A stretch of DNA of 64,000 bases from Candidatus Bathyarchaeia archaeon (GCA_049512075.1 JBEKXL010000010.1:1-64000); one strand, 5' to 3'; numbered from the stretch's first letter, positions 37,558-48,506 are shown. Numbers and translations are program-made. The notes: a model not told the origin generated them from the sequence alone.

Positions 37558-39036
37558 ATGTACAAGCCAGAGGGCATTCTCCCCGCGTTGGTGACTCCGT
37601 TCACGGACGATGGGAAAGCTGTTGACGAACAGCGGCTGCGCACTTTGGTTAACCACTGCATCGAGTTAGGGGTTCACGGGGTTGTTCCGTGTGGGACGAC
37701 CGGCGAGTTTGTGAACCTCACGGACGAGGAGAAGAAGCGTGTAATCAAAATCGTGGTTGACGAAGTGAACGGTCGAGTTCCAGTGATTGCTGGAACAGGA
37801 GCAAGCGGCACAGACGAAGCTGTGGAATTGACGAAATACGCAAAGGACATCGGTGCCACCGCCGCGCTCGTAGTCACACCGTTCTACCTGAAACCAGCAG
37901 ACCGCGGAATATACGAGCACTACTACACGATAGCAAACAAGGTAGACTTGCCGATAATTCTTTACAACATTCCGCAGTGCACAGGTTTATCCCTTCCCTG
38001 GCAGATGGTTGAGGATTTAGCACAGATACCAAACATCGTGGGCGTGAAAGACAGCAGCGGACAGTTGAGCTTCATCTTGGCTGTCCTCGAAAAAGTCAGG
38101 GACAAAATAAACGTCCTGTGCGGACACGACGAAGTCGTCGTGGCGGCACTCGCAGCCGGATGCTCGGGGGCAATCCTTGCAAGTGCCAACATCATGCCCG
38201 ACATCTGGATTCAGATTTATGACCATGTGAAAAAGGGCGAATTACAACAGGCCCGCGAACTTCAATACAAAGTGCAGAAAATAGCGAGGATAATAGCGGG
38301 AAGCGGCGCAGTAGGGACAAAAGAAGCACTGAAGATGATGAAAATCAAGGTCGGCCCGGTGAGAATGCCGTTGAGCGTTGGGGGAGAATTGACCTACGAA
38401 TCAAAAGAGGAGCTGCGGCTTGACCTGGAAAAAATAGGGAAAGTGCAGCCGAAACAGGTAACCTTTGAACTGGCCGAGAAACCGTTGGAAGATCGTTTTG
38501 CGACCGTGGACATCACCGCCGAAGAGATTAAGAGCTTCAAACTGCGCGTCGGCGAAGCACTAGCTGGGCAGGGGGCAGAGGTGGCCCACATTGACATCCT
38601 TGTCGGAACGAAAACTGGTCCAGTGGCAGAAGCTTTCACAAAAGCTAAGGCAACACCAACGCGGGGACATGAACCGCTTCTAGCAATCCTAGAGCCAAAC
38701 CTGTCAGTCAAACCAATCACCCTAATCGTTCCAACAGTCACAATCACAGGCATGCGGCAAGCAAGCATGGTCTATGGTCCAGCCCAAACAGCCGTGGCCA
38801 AAGCAGTCATCGACAGCGTCGCAGACGGCACGATTCCGAAAGAAGCCGTTGAAGAATTAATTATCATCGCAAACGTTTTCGTTCATCCCTCAGCCGTTGA
38901 CCGGCAGCGTGTTTACATAAACAACTACAAGGCGATGCGACATGCCGTGCGCAAGGCCTTGGAGAACCGGCCCAGCATGGACGAGCTAATGGAGAACAAG
39001 GACCGGTCAAAACATCCTTTCAAGTACACACCATAG
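37558..39036 (+). CDS. dapA: DapA-family aldolase fused to formaldehyde-activating enzyme (Fae)
   Basis: N: ALVTPF, GTTGE, YNIP, GVKDS. C: VGEAL...EVAHID...PNL.VKP...GPAQ.AVAKAV.DSV.DG.IP...VFVHP...NY.A. Confidence 0.9.
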   Translation: MYKPEGILPALVTPFTDDGKAVDEQRLRTLVNHCIELGVHGVVPCGTTGEFVNLTDEEKKRVIKIVVDEVNGRVPVIAGTGASGTDEAVELTKYAKDIGATAALVVTPFYLKPADRGIYEHYYTIANKVDLPIILYNIPQCTGLSLPWQMVEDLAQIPNIVGVKDSSGQLSFILAVLEKVRDKINVLCGHDEVVVAALAAGCSGAILASANIMPDIWIQIYDHVKKGELQQARELQYKVQKIARIIAGSGAVGTKEALKMMKIKVGPVRMPLSVGGELTYESKEELRLDLEKIGKVQPKQVTFELAEKPLEDRFATVDITAEEIKSFKLRVGEALAGQGAEVAHIDILVGTKTGPVAEAFTKAKATPTRGHEPLLAILEPNLSVKPITLIVPTVTITGMRQASMVYGPAQTAVAKAVIDSVADGTIPKEAVEELIIIANVFVHPSAVDRQRVYINNYKAMRHAVRKALENRPSMDELMENKDRSKHPFKYTP

Positions 39037-39045
39037 TGAACTCAG

Positions 39046-39846
39046 TTGGCAGAACGGAGAATACTTAATGGCGACTACGCGCTTCTTAGCTTGGGCCCGC
39101 GAAAGACTTACATGATTAGAGTCGAAAATGGAAAGAGCTTCCACACCCACAAAGGCTTCATAAAGTTTGACGACCTAATCGGGAGAGAATACGGCTCCAC
39201 GGTTGAGAGTAGCCTAGGTTTCGAATTCACGGCTCTGAAACCGTTGCTCCATGACTATATCATGAAGTCCGCCCGGCAAACTCAGATAACTTATCCGAAG
39301 GACATAGCCCTCATCGTAATGTTCAGCGGGATAGGTCCGGGAAGCAGCGTTGTTGAGTCTGGGACAGGAACAGGCGCCCTGACCACGGCGCTAGCCCACT
39401 ACGTCCAGCCAAACGGCAGAATCTACAGTTACGAAATCAGAGGAGAATTTCAAAAAACGGCTGAGAAAAACTTGACCCGCGCAGGCTTGATCGACTACGT
39501 CGAGCTGAAGAACAAGGATGTCACGACTGGGATGGATGAGAGAGACGTCGATTCCGTAATACTCGATTTGGCAGTTCCATGGATGGTCGTTCCGCACGCT
39601 CAAACCGCCTTGAAGCCATGTGGAACGATAGTTTCCTTCAGCCCAACAATAGACCAAGTCGTCAAGACGGCTGAAGCCTTGAAAGAAAACGGTTTCGTGA
39701 GCATGGAGACAATCGAATGCCTCATGCGCGGAATGCAGGTCGAAAGGGGAAAAACGCGACCCCACACCTTAATGACTGGGCACACCGGCTACATCACCTT
39801 CGCCCGCAAAGCGATAAAGACTCAACCCGCCAACTCCAAACCATGA
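39046..39846 (+). CDS. trmI: tRNA (adenine-N1)-methyltransferase
   Basis: HTHKG, QITYPKD, ESGTGTGALT, LDLAVPW, TRP...HTGYI. Confidence 0.92.
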   Translation: MAERRILNGDYALLSLGPRKTYMIRVENGKSFHTHKGFIKFDDLIGREYGSTVESSLGFEFTALKPLLHDYIMKSARQTQITYPKDIALIVMFSGIGPGSSVVESGTGTGALTTALAHYVQPNGRIYSYEIRGEFQKTAEKNLTRAGLIDYVELKNKDVTTGMDERDVDSVILDLAVPWMVVPHAQTALKPCGTIVSFSPTIDQVVKTAEALKENGFVSMETIECLMRGMQVERGKTRPHTLMTGHTGYITFARKAIKTQPANSKP

Positions 39847-40583
39847 TTCTCGAGCTCCAGTACGTTTCTCTAGAGTTTCCAGAGGTAGGGACAACTTGCT
39901 GAAAAATTCCTATTGAGTCAGGATTCATTTTCAAGATATTGATTTTGGCTTCTGAAATTAGATATTAGTAGTCAATGCAAAATCAGACAATTGTAGCTTC
40001 AAAAGCAAGATAAGAATCGGTGTGCGAATTGAAGACCAAAAAAAGGAACTTAACAAACGACAAGAAAGACAGTGCCACATTGGAGCTTGGAAGCCCCAAT
40101 TCATCCAACGTTTCCAGAGAGGAAGGAAAAAGAGGAGCAAGAGAACCTCTATACCTGCTTCGGTACGAATAGGTGAACGTCCGCTTCATTCTTCCGACAC
40201 AATGTCGCGCGTGATCCCAAACTTGACGGCAATCTACGTCTGAGTAGACATCACAGTCATCTTGTATACGATATTCCGGTTTCCTCAAGTATGTCAGAAG
40301 ATACTCATAGAGAATTAGCGTGATGCTCAAGTTGCTCAACAAGTGCCGTCCGTGTAACTCTGAGATCTCATCCTGATGTCAATCTAATGCCTTCTCATCA
40401 TCCGGCAAAGTTCAAGTAACAAAGCCGAAAATAAAAAGGTTCGCCATCATGTATTGTCGCAATTTCAGTGTTCTAGGCGGCCACCTGGACACGCGCACGT
40501 GAATCCGGAATCCATATTTCAGATTCATAAGAGAGTTAAATAGGTACACTCTACTTATCGGCTTAACCTTTGGAGGATAGTCC

Positions 40584-40766
40584 TTGAGGCAGTCATTGAC
40601 ACTTAAGCAACGAAGAGACTTAAGCACCAAGATGTTCAAGGTTTTCAAACAAGACGTTAAGGGGCTTTCTGCAGAATTGCAAGGAATATTGTTAGACGAC
40701 TTGGTCACGGCTTTCCAAAATAGAATAAACGTGTTAATTCGAGCACAGGAAAAAAGGAGCTACTAA
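40584..40766 (+). CDS. small hypothetical protein
   Basis: GGAGG RBS; helical sequence LLDDLVTAFQNRI. Confidence 0.6.
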   Translation: MRQSLTLKQRRDLSTKMFKVFKQDVKGLSAELQGILLDDLVTAFQNRINVLIRAQEKRSY

Positions 40767-40851
40767 TGTAGAGTAATTAGGAAAAAGACGTAGTTTAAAT
40801 CCGTAAAAGCTTTATATAAAAAAGGCGGTAATATGGCAAAAAGAGGTTTGG

Positions 40852-41148
40852 ATGATGAGACGTTCCAAACTTGAGATGTATATCGACATACTCAAAGTGT
40901 TAGCGCACCGTGGGCCATTGAAGCTTACTCACATCATGTATAAAGCTAACGTTAATTGCAGCGTCTTGAAAGAATACTTAGACTTTCTCATAAAGCAGAA
41001 CCTCGTCGAAGAAAGAATGGTAGGCAAGAGACGAGTCGTCTACGCTGTAACCCAAAGAGGCATAACAGTACTCAAGTACTTCAGAGAACTGAAACAAGTC
41101 CTGCCGATAGTTGAAGAGCTTAGAAACAGAGTCCCAGTACCGTACTAA
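40852..41148 (+). CDS. winged-helix transcriptional regulator
   Basis: RRSKLEMYIDIL...LTHIMYKANVN...YAVTQRG. Confidence 0.88.
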   Translation: MMRRSKLEMYIDILKVLAHRGPLKLTHIMYKANVNCSVLKEYLDFLIKQNLVEERMVGKRRVVYAVTQRGITVLKYFRELKQVLPIVEELRNRVPVPY

Positions 41149-41492
41149 TCAACCCTCCATTTTTGCACGGCCACATCTACTAACCCAAAGTTTTCTACGA
41201 AAAGAACCAAATGATAAAGCTGATTCTTTTGCGTTGCGCACGCGCCCCTAGGCGGGGCACGAGCCTTCTTGACAGAACGAATCTCGACCCTTTTTAATTC
41301 TCGAGTCTCCATTATAACGCTCTGCACGTTTTCAAACGCTGAGAAAGTAGCAGCGATTTTGGCAAGTCTCCAATGAGCCTGTATTTGTTTTGACCATTTG
41401 TTTTGTGAATAATTATGTGTGTGTCGTAAGACTTAATAAACCGCTTCTCATCTACCATACTGTAGACGCGTAAGACAGACGAGGAAGATGCA

Positions 41493-41870
41493 TTGTCCAA
41501 TCAAGAAATTGTGGGCAAGAGGCCTTTGCAGGTTCTGGAGAAGATTCGCGAGAACTTGGAGAGGCTCAACGAGAAAATAGAAGTAATGATTGAATTGCAA
41601 AAACATGGGAGGAAAGATTTACAGCCGCCTCTTTCTGACGCCCCTTTGGATGTGATGACACTGCTCTCGCTGCCAGATCATTTGAGAAAGACTGCTATGA
41701 CGCTTTGCAGAATGGGCCGTGCCACGGCTAACGAGATTTCTGAACAGACAAAGAGAGCGAGGGCTGTAGAAAGCGCTTATCTGAATCAGCTGGTGATCAT
41801 GGGCTACGTAAAGAAGGAGAGGAACGGCAGGAAAGCTTACTTTTTCGTGGACCGGGACACTCAAGGGTGA
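41493..41870 (+). CDS. coiled-coil plus wHTH regulator
   Basis: ATANEISEQTKRARAVESAYLNQLVIMGYVKKER. Confidence 0.8.
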   Translation: MSNQEIVGKRPLQVLEKIRENLERLNEKIEVMIELQKHGRKDLQPPLSDAPLDVMTLLSLPDHLRKTAMTLCRMGRATANEISEQTKRARAVESAYLNQLVIMGYVKKERNGRKAYFFVDRDTQG

Positions 41871-42649
41871 TAATAATGGGCAAAATAGTGGCTGTACACT
41901 CATACAAAGGCGGAACAGGAAAAACTCTTCTTTCTATCAATCTGGCCGCGGCCTTGGCCGAACACGGCAAAAAAGTTTGCCTATTCGACCTTGACTTTCG
42001 AGCCCCAAGTCTCGCCACACTCTTGAAGATTGAAAAGTCAGAGTGTTGGCTCAACGATTACTTGAACGGAACATGCGAGATTGACAAAGCACTGTTGGAT
42101 CTAAGCGACAAAGTCCATAACAGTGGTAAACTCTTCGTCGGGCTTGCCAACCCTGCCACTGAAGCAATAAGAGACATGTCGGCTAAGGACAGAAAATGGG
42201 AAATGCGCGCCCTGGGAAGACTCTTGGCCCTCAGAACTTCTTTACTGAATGGCAAGGGTTTTGACTACCTACTCATGGATACGAGTCCAGGACTGCAATA
42301 CTCCTCTATAAACGCCATAGTAAGCGCTGACCTAGTGCTCGTGGCAACGACCTTCGACCGATCGGACGTCGACGGAACAAGACGCATGCTACGTGAACTG
42401 TACGACCTGTTTGAGAAGAAGACCGAGGTCGTCCTGAACAAGGTGCTTGACGCTTCTTCGAAAACGGGAAAAGAAGAGATAGCATCCAAAGTAAACGATG
42501 TATACCAGGTTCCACTGCTGGGGATAGTGCCTTGCTTCTGCGACATTCTGAAGGCGAGAGGGGGAATCATATTTGCCCAGGAGAAGCCTGACCATCCTTT
42601 TACGAGAATCTTGGAGGAGATGGCGGCAAAGATAGACAAAATGGCCTAA
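41867..42649 (+). CDS. MinD/ParA family ATPase
   Basis: Deviant Walker A KGGTGKT, DLD, DTSPG. Confidence 0.9.
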   Translation: MIIMGKIVAVHSYKGGTGKTLLSINLAAALAEHGKKVCLFDLDFRAPSLATLLKIEKSECWLNDYLNGTCEIDKALLDLSDKVHNSGKLFVGLANPATEAIRDMSAKDRKWEMRALGRLLALRTSLLNGKGFDYLLMDTSPGLQYSSINAIVSADLVLVATTFDRSDVDGTRRMLRELYDLFEKKTEVVLNKVLDASSKTGKEEIASKVNDVYQVPLLGIVPCFCDILKARGGIIFAQEKPDHPFTRILEEMAAKIDKMA

Positions 42650-42667
42650 TGTGGCCTACGTGTAGTC

Positions 42668-42787
42668 CTATTTCGCGGCTATCTTGTTCATGAGCACGTA
42701 GATCCTACAAGTTGTGCACTTCTCATATTCCTTCTGGTCACAGCGGTTGCATATTATCCGGCTTAGTTCCATAACCTCTGAACTCAT
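42668..42787 (-). CDS. 39-aa CxxC..CxxC microprotein
   Basis: MSSEVMELSRIICNRCDQKEYEKCTTCRIYVLMNKIAAK; AAGGAG RBS. Confidence 0.55.
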   Translation of the reverse strand: MSSEVMELSRIICNRCDQKEYEKCTTCRIYVLMNKIAAK

Positions 42788-42931
42788 CAGTTTCGTCTCT
42801 CCTTATACTGATAACAAGACTCGGGCTTAGGCTATATAGCGTATTCCGACTCAGTAATATTTCGTGCAAAAAACTTATACAATGGAAGAAACACTCTTAC
42901 GAATTCACGCAGTCATGGAGATAGCACGTTA

Positions 42932-43576
42932 TTGACCAGCTCGGCAATCATCCTTGCAGGCGGCCTTTCCAGCAGGTTCGGTCAAGATAAAGGACTGCTC
43001 CACCTGGCGGGAAAGCCACTCGTAAGACACGTTCTGAATGCAGTCGTCAATGTTGTGGACGAGAAGATAGTGGTGGTCAGCTGTAGAGAGCACGTTGACA
43101 AATACCTTAAGGCAACTGGTGGATGTGCAAGCATCCTAGTTGACAGAGGTAACACGCACAGCCCACTTGCTGGAGCATTGACCGGTTTCGAAGAAGCACA
43201 TGGGGAATACTCGCTTCTTCTTCCATGTGACACCCCTCTCGCCTCAAGAGACATTCTATCATTGCTACTTGAACTGTGCCCTGGAAGAAATGCGTGCGTC
43301 CCCCGATGGCCCAACGGTTACGTAGAGCCCCTACAAGCGGTTTACCGCACAGAATCCGCCCTAGAAGCGTCCAACGTGGCTTTGTGCGCTGGAAAGCTCA
43401 ACGTGCAAGCAATGCTGGACAGGCTGCAGTTTGTGCGCTACGTTTCCACGCTGGTCTTGCAGCAGCTTGACCCGGAGCTTAGAACGTTCTTCAACGTTAA
43501 CACTCCTCTAGATCTGAAGAGGGCTGAGCAGATGTTGAACCGTCCTTGCCCACGCACGTTTGTGCCTTCCAAGTAA
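42932..43576 (+). CDS. mobA: molybdenum cofactor guanylyltransferase
   Basis: ILAGGLSSRFGQDKG, PLAG, PCDTP, EPL.A.Y, FFNVNTP.DL. Confidence 0.9.
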   Translation: MTSSAIILAGGLSSRFGQDKGLLHLAGKPLVRHVLNAVVNVVDEKIVVVSCREHVDKYLKATGGCASILVDRGNTHSPLAGALTGFEEAHGEYSLLLPCDTPLASRDILSLLLELCPGRNACVPRWPNGYVEPLQAVYRTESALEASNVALCAGKLNVQAMLDRLQFVRYVSTLVLQQLDPELRTFFNVNTPLDLKRAEQMLNRPCPRTFVPSK

Positions 43577-43577
43577 T

Positions 43578-44876
43578 CTAATGTCCGCCAGTGCGGGCTT
43601 GTTTAGCGTATTTTTCCGTTTCTGCGAAGAGTTTTCCTATGTCACTTTCGGAATGTTCAGTGCTTAGGACGCCGTTGTGCGTCGGCAATAAGAAGAGCCC
43701 GTTCGTTATCAAGGCCAAAGCATAGCTGATGAGCTTCTTCCTATCCGCAGCAAAGGCGGCAATTGCATCATTGACTCTTTCCTTCGTGAAATGCGTGTTA
43801 AAAATGGAGCCTGCTCCCGTGAGTTGCACATCAAGCCCATGTGTTTCGAAAATGTCCAACAGCTCTTGTCTAACTCGGGTTCCAGCTCTGTTCAAACTCT
43901 CTATCAATTTGCCATCCTCCAGCAGTTTCAATGTTGCCAAGCCAGCCGTCATCGTTACCGGGTTAGCGGCAAAAGTTCCACCATGGAAGGAGTAATCTGG
44001 ACGTTGATGAGCGACGCTGTCCAGGTGCTCCATGATTTCGCTGGGTCCACAAAATGCGCCTATGGGAAAGCCTCCACCCAGAATCTTTCCTAGCACAGCT
44101 ATGTCCGCTTTCACGCCGTAGTACTGCTGAGCCCCTCCGGGCGCCAGCCTAAAACCTGTAATCACCTCATCAAAAATCAGCAGTGTGTTTCTCTCATCAC
44201 AGTATTCTCGAAGCCCTTGCAAGAACTCTTTTTCCGCGGGAACGCCTCCACCCGCTCCCAGAACGGGCTCGATTATTATGCACGCGACCTCTTCGCTTCT
44301 CAGTCTTTCCCTTACCCCTTCCAAATTGTTGTAGGGCAGAATGATCGTGTCTTGAGTTGCTCCGGCTGTTAATCCAGCCGATTCTGGAAGGTCAAAGGGG
44401 TACTTTACGCTCACCTGGAGTGCGTCGTAGCCTCCATGCCATCCGCCTTCAAACTTCGCAATCTTGTCCTTTCCAGCATACGCCCTTGCCAATCGTGTAG
44501 CATACATATTCGCCTCCGTCCCAGAGTTCGTGAACCGAATCATTTTTGCGTTCGGAACCATCTTCGCAACCTGCTCGGCCAGTTTGATCTCTAACTCATG
44601 GCAAGTTCCATAGTGCGTACCTTTTTGAAGCTGCTCTCTTACGGCATTCGTTACGGCCGGGTATCCATGGCCCAGGATGAGAGCGGTGTGTCCTAGCCAG
44701 AAGTCCACGTACTCGTTGCCGTCGACATCGTACAGTCTACTTCCTTTTGCTCTGGCAGTGTAGAAGGGGTACGGCTCAAAGTAGTGTACGCCGTAGGAAA
44801 CTCCTGCCGGAAGAACCTTTTTCGCCCTCTCATACAAGATTCTGGAATTGGGCGTTTTTGAAACATAGCCTGACAT
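43578..44876 (-). CDS. hemL: class III aminotransferase, glutamate-1-semialdehyde aminomutase-like
   Basis: DVDGNEYVD, NSGTEA, FDEVITGFR, GKILGGGFP, GTFAANP. Confidence 0.8.
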   Translation of the reverse strand: MSGYVSKTPNSRILYERAKKVLPAGVSYGVHYFEPYPFYTARAKGSRLYDVDGNEYVDFWLGHTALILGHGYPAVTNAVREQLQKGTHYGTCHELEIKLAEQVAKMVPNAKMIRFTNSGTEANMYATRLARAYAGKDKIAKFEGGWHGGYDALQVSVKYPFDLPESAGLTAGATQDTIILPYNNLEGVRERLRSEEVACIIIEPVLGAGGGVPAEKEFLQGLREYCDERNTLLIFDEVITGFRLAPGGAQQYYGVKADIAVLGKILGGGFPIGAFCGPSEIMEHLDSVAHQRPDYSFHGGTFAANPVTMTAGLATLKLLEDGKLIESLNRAGTRVRQELLDIFETHGLDVQLTGAGSIFNTHFTKERVNDAIAAFAADRKKLISYALALITNGLFLLPTHNGVLSTEHSESDIGKLFAETEKYAKQARTGGH

Positions 44877-45183
44877 TCCTAGCTCGCCACGGTTTCATTT
44901 TTCCACGCAGTCTTATTATGGTTTCCATTCGTTCAGTCAAGCATAAGCAACGCAGGTGGCCTGCGCACATAGAAAAAAAGGCTCAAAGTTAACTAAGCGA
45001 TCCCTTTCGTAACCGTCAATTCGATTTGCAAAAACTTAAGTCATCTTCATTACTGTTGACTACATCGAACAGAGAAGAACCTGACTTGTTTGGCTCCATA
45101 GGAATTGCTGCTCGGTCGACAAACGATGCGATTGACATGAATGTTAGTTTGAAGTGGTTCTTTTTTATGTTTTCATGTAAAGA

Positions 45184-45903
45184 TTGGAGTTCGAGGCCAT
45201 GCAGGTTTTGTGCGAAGTGATAATTTCGATTCTAAAAGTTTCGAAAGGTGAACCTGTTTTACATGAACTTGTTAAGAGGGAGGCGAAGCTTCCCTCGGAG
45301 ACCACGGAGAGATTGCTTCAAACTTTGCAGAGTTATGGGCTGGTTTATTTGCTCGATGGGTTTTTGCAAACTAGTGCTTTACAACGCGTTAGCTTGGCCG
45401 CGCGTGCGCTGGAGCTGGGTGCTGACTATGAGCGAGTGAGCGGTTTTTTGGAGTGGAAAGAGTTTGAGAGTATAACCGCGGTTGCACTCGAAATGCATGG
45501 CTACACAGTTAAGCTTAACTTGCGATTCAGGCAGGGCGGACGCAGGTGGGAGATGGACATCGTCGGTTGTCGTAGACCGCTAGTTGTCTGTGTAGACTGC
45601 AAGCACTGGCGCCGCGGCCTGTACCCATCAAAGCTGAGGGGAGTTGTCGATGAGCAGGTGAAGCGGACGGTGGCTTTTTCTGAGTCCCTGCCGAATCCAG
45701 CTGTTAGAGTTGAGTGTGCTTCATGGGAAGAGGCGAGATTTGTTCCTGTTGTTGTGTCGTTGGTGCCCGCGAGTTTCAAATTTCATAATGGGACACCGGT
45801 CGTTCCGATTCTCCAACTGCAGGACTTTCTCGTTCAACTTCCAATGTGTTCGGACTCGTTGAGGAGGTTCGACAGGGCGCAGCCGCATCTCAAGACTGAG
45901 TAA
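45184..45903 (+). CDS. PD-(D/E)xK nuclease-domain protein (Mrr/NERD-like)
   Basis: WKEFE...EMDIV...VDCKHW. Confidence 0.78.
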   Translation: MEFEAMQVLCEVIISILKVSKGEPVLHELVKREAKLPSETTERLLQTLQSYGLVYLLDGFLQTSALQRVSLAARALELGADYERVSGFLEWKEFESITAVALEMHGYTVKLNLRFRQGGRRWEMDIVGCRRPLVVCVDCKHWRRGLYPSKLRGVVDEQVKRTVAFSESLPNPAVRVECASWEEARFVPVVVSLVPASFKFHNGTPVVPILQLQDFLVQLPMCSDSLRRFDRAQPHLKTE

Positions 45904-47758
45904 TAGTCTCCAGCAAGGGTTTCTTCGCAAACCTTATGGCAGGGTAAACACCTGAAGCAAATGTTGCGACTAAGGCCAGAAGAAGCCAACCGGTTATTTC
46001 AATGACCGTATAAGTCGTCACGAGCGGTTCCTGCACCAATATTAGCAAAGTGGTAATTACCCCGAAGGCTATTCCAACCGCGTAACTGCCCAGTAGGACT
46101 ATTAGACTTTGTGCGGAAACAATGGCTAGAACGGTTCTGGGCCGGGCACCTAGGGCTCTGAGAATGCCAAACTCCTGCCGCTGTTCATTCATAGTGAGCA
46201 TAACATACCCTAACAGGCTCAGGGATGCCGCGATCAAAGAGAACAAGGGCAGAAACATAATCGTGGACCAAAGGAAATTAAGGAAGCCAACGCTCTTGTC
46301 CACAGCCTCGTCGAGCTCGTAAACTTGGAAACCCGAGTTTGCAACAGTCGCGTTTATCCTATTCAAGATGTCTGTCTCATTCACTGACGAGTCAAGCTTG
46401 ACCATGAGCACGTTAGTTCCTGACAAGCCTGAGATGGCCTGCAACGTCGTAAGAGGAACGTACGTGACGTTTCCATTGTTGATAGGGTCGAGGCAGACGC
46501 CGACCACACTGAGATCCTCGTTAGAGATTCTGATTTCCTGAATCAACGGTTCGGAAAACAGCTTTTGACCGATAGTATCGCCGACCACCGCTTCTGCTGT
46601 TTGATTATTGGCTAGAAACCTACCTTCCAACGACCAGTCATTCAGCACGTTCCCTGGGTCGACGCCCACGACAAGAGATTCTCCCTGGCGACTATCTCCG
46701 ACACTTCTTGTTTCCGCTGTGCTGCTTCCAAAGATGATTCCGGGGACTTCTTTAACTGGCTCCTCCAGGACCAGGCGGGCGTCTAGACCTGTGATTCCGT
46801 CTATGGAACGCAATTGGCTGGAAAGACTGGAGGGGATTAGATATCTTTCATCTGTGTAGTTGAACTGAGTGGACTTTTGTCCTTCGTAGAATTCTGAGAG
46901 CAACAGTTTGTACTGGTTGATCATGTCTGGATGTGCTATCAGCAGCATGTTTCTTCCAACGGCTTTCTCAACCCAGCTTCTGGTGGTGTCTTCAGCGATT
47001 AGACCTCCTGCAACGGCCACCGTGACCAAGAGGAAAACGATGCTCAGGCAGAGGACGATTCTGAGGGTGGCTGATTTGCGGCGGACGAGGGTTCTCACTG
47101 CTATTTTCAGGGAGACGCCTGACTTTGACATGATTTTGAAGCCTGGCTCTTTTGCCAGCCCAAGGTAATGCGCCGGTGAAAGGGCTTTTGCGGGCTCAGC
47201 CCTAATCGCTGAAAGAACCGGTGTGACTCCAAGAATGAGTGAAAGTGCAAAGAACACGATGAATACTGCAAACGGTATCCACAGGCCAGTTGGTTGTTGC
47301 GAGAATTGCAAACCAAGACTGTTCAAGAGGCTCGTCGAAGCCATGTCCATTAGAACGCCTAAGATCGTGCCGGCGAAACAGCCCACAAAACCCACGACTA
47401 GGAGTTCGGTGAAGAAATAGCCAAAAAGTAAGTCGTTTGGGCATCCTGCCGCCTTCATTAGTCCAATATCTCTTGTCCTCTGTGATGTCATGATAAAGGC
47501 CGTGAAAGAAATCATCACAATTCCAGCCGCAGAAATCAGAATCGCGAGCAGCGTTATGAAAGGGGAAAATATCTGGGAAAAACCGGTGGTGAGTTTGTCC
47601 TCGACCATTGATGATATGCCAAACCCCATCTTTTGTGCGAAGAGGAGCAGAAAGAGCGTCGAAGCGACACACAGTGCCAAGCTGATGATTACCAGGCTCG
47701 TCTGCATCTTTCTGCGAAGCAGATCGTTGATTGAAAAAGAAGTTTCACTCATTTTCAC
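45890..47758 (-). CDS. FtsX/MacB-like ABC permease
   Basis: QRTRDIGLMKAAG and EQRQEFGILRALGA motifs, TM segments. Confidence 0.9.
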   Translation of the reverse strand: MKMSETSFSINDLLRRKMQTSLVIISLALCVASTLFLLLFAQKMGFGISSMVEDKLTTGFSQIFSPFITLLAILISAAGIVMISFTAFIMTSQRTRDIGLMKAAGCPNDLLFGYFFTELLVVGFVGCFAGTILGVLMDMASTSLLNSLGLQFSQQPTGLWIPFAVFIVFFALSLILGVTPVLSAIRAEPAKALSPAHYLGLAKEPGFKIMSKSGVSLKIAVRTLVRRKSATLRIVLCLSIVFLLVTVAVAGGLIAEDTTRSWVEKAVGRNMLLIAHPDMINQYKLLLSEFYEGQKSTQFNYTDERYLIPSSLSSQLRSIDGITGLDARLVLEEPVKEVPGIIFGSSTAETRSVGDSRQGESLVVGVDPGNVLNDWSLEGRFLANNQTAEAVVGDTIGQKLFSEPLIQEIRISNEDLSVVGVCLDPINNGNVTYVPLTTLQAISGLSGTNVLMVKLDSSVNETDILNRINATVANSGFQVYELDEAVDKSVGFLNFLWSTIMFLPLFSLIAASLSLLGYVMLTMNEQRQEFGILRALGARPRTVLAIVSAQSLIVLLGSYAVGIAFGVITTLLILVQEPLVTTYTVIEITGWLLLALVATFASGVYPAIRFAKKPLLETITQS

Positions 47759-48506
47759 TAATCAGCCTGCCGTCTTCCAAACAGAGTTTTTGCTGGGCTA
47801 GCTCAAATATGTGTTCGTCATGGGTTGCGACAATGATGGTTTTCCCGCCCTCCTTCAGTGTTGAGAGTATTTGAATGATTTTTGCGCTCGTTTTCACGTC
47901 CAAGTTTCCGGTAGGTTCGTCGACAAGAAGCAAAGGCGGGTCATTTGCCAACGCGCGGGCAAATGCGACGCGCTGTTGTTCACCGCCGCTCAGTTGAAAC
48001 GGGAAGTGTTCCGTTCTGTTCTCCAGGCCTACGAGACCCAACAGCTCATTTACGCGTCCTCTTATGTGTTCTTCGTTCTTCCTGGCCCATTCCATCGGAA
48101 ACGCAACGTTTTCGGCAACGGTCAGTGTTGAAACGAGATTGTAGGATTGAAAAACAAACCCGACATTACGGCATCGAAAACCCGCCAAGAAATCCTCGTC
48201 CCTAGCCCCTAAATTCTCCCCGTAAACAATAATCTTCCCGCTTGTCGGTTTGTCTATCCCGCCGACAATGTTCAGAAGTGTAGTCTTTCCTGAACCGGAA
48301 GGACCGCTAACAACAGTGAACTCTCCTCTTTTAACCTCAAAATCTATGTCTTTCAAAACCTCAACCTTGAGGGCGTTCGCTTCGTAAACCTTGCCCAAGG
48401 AAGATGCTGACACGACAGTTATGATTTCCTTCATTAACGGCAACTCCTTTCTCTCTTTGAAGTGAAGAAGCAAGAGCATCAAAATGAAGGTTGCGATAGC
48501 CATCAA
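47745..48506 (-). CDS. LolD/MacB-like ABC ATPase (start probably 48434)
   Basis: [27 protein letters not shown]. Confidence 0.92.
   Translation of the reverse strand: MMAIATFILMLLLLHFKERKELPLMKEIITVVSASSLGKVYEANALKVEVLKDIDFEVKRGEFTVVSGPSGSGKTTLLNIVGGIDKPTSGKIIVYGENLGARDEDFLAGFRCRNVGFVFQSYNLVSTLTVAENVAFPMEWARKNEEHIRGRVNELLGLVGLENRTEHFPFQLSGGEQQRVAFARALANDPPLLLVDEPTGNLDVKTSAKIIQILSTLKEGGKTIIVATHDEHIFELAQQKLCLEDGRLISENE

Noticed and set aside
39958-40342. ORFs between trmI and the wHTH cluster
   Set aside because: No RBS, motifs or consistent frame; probably non-coding or decayed.
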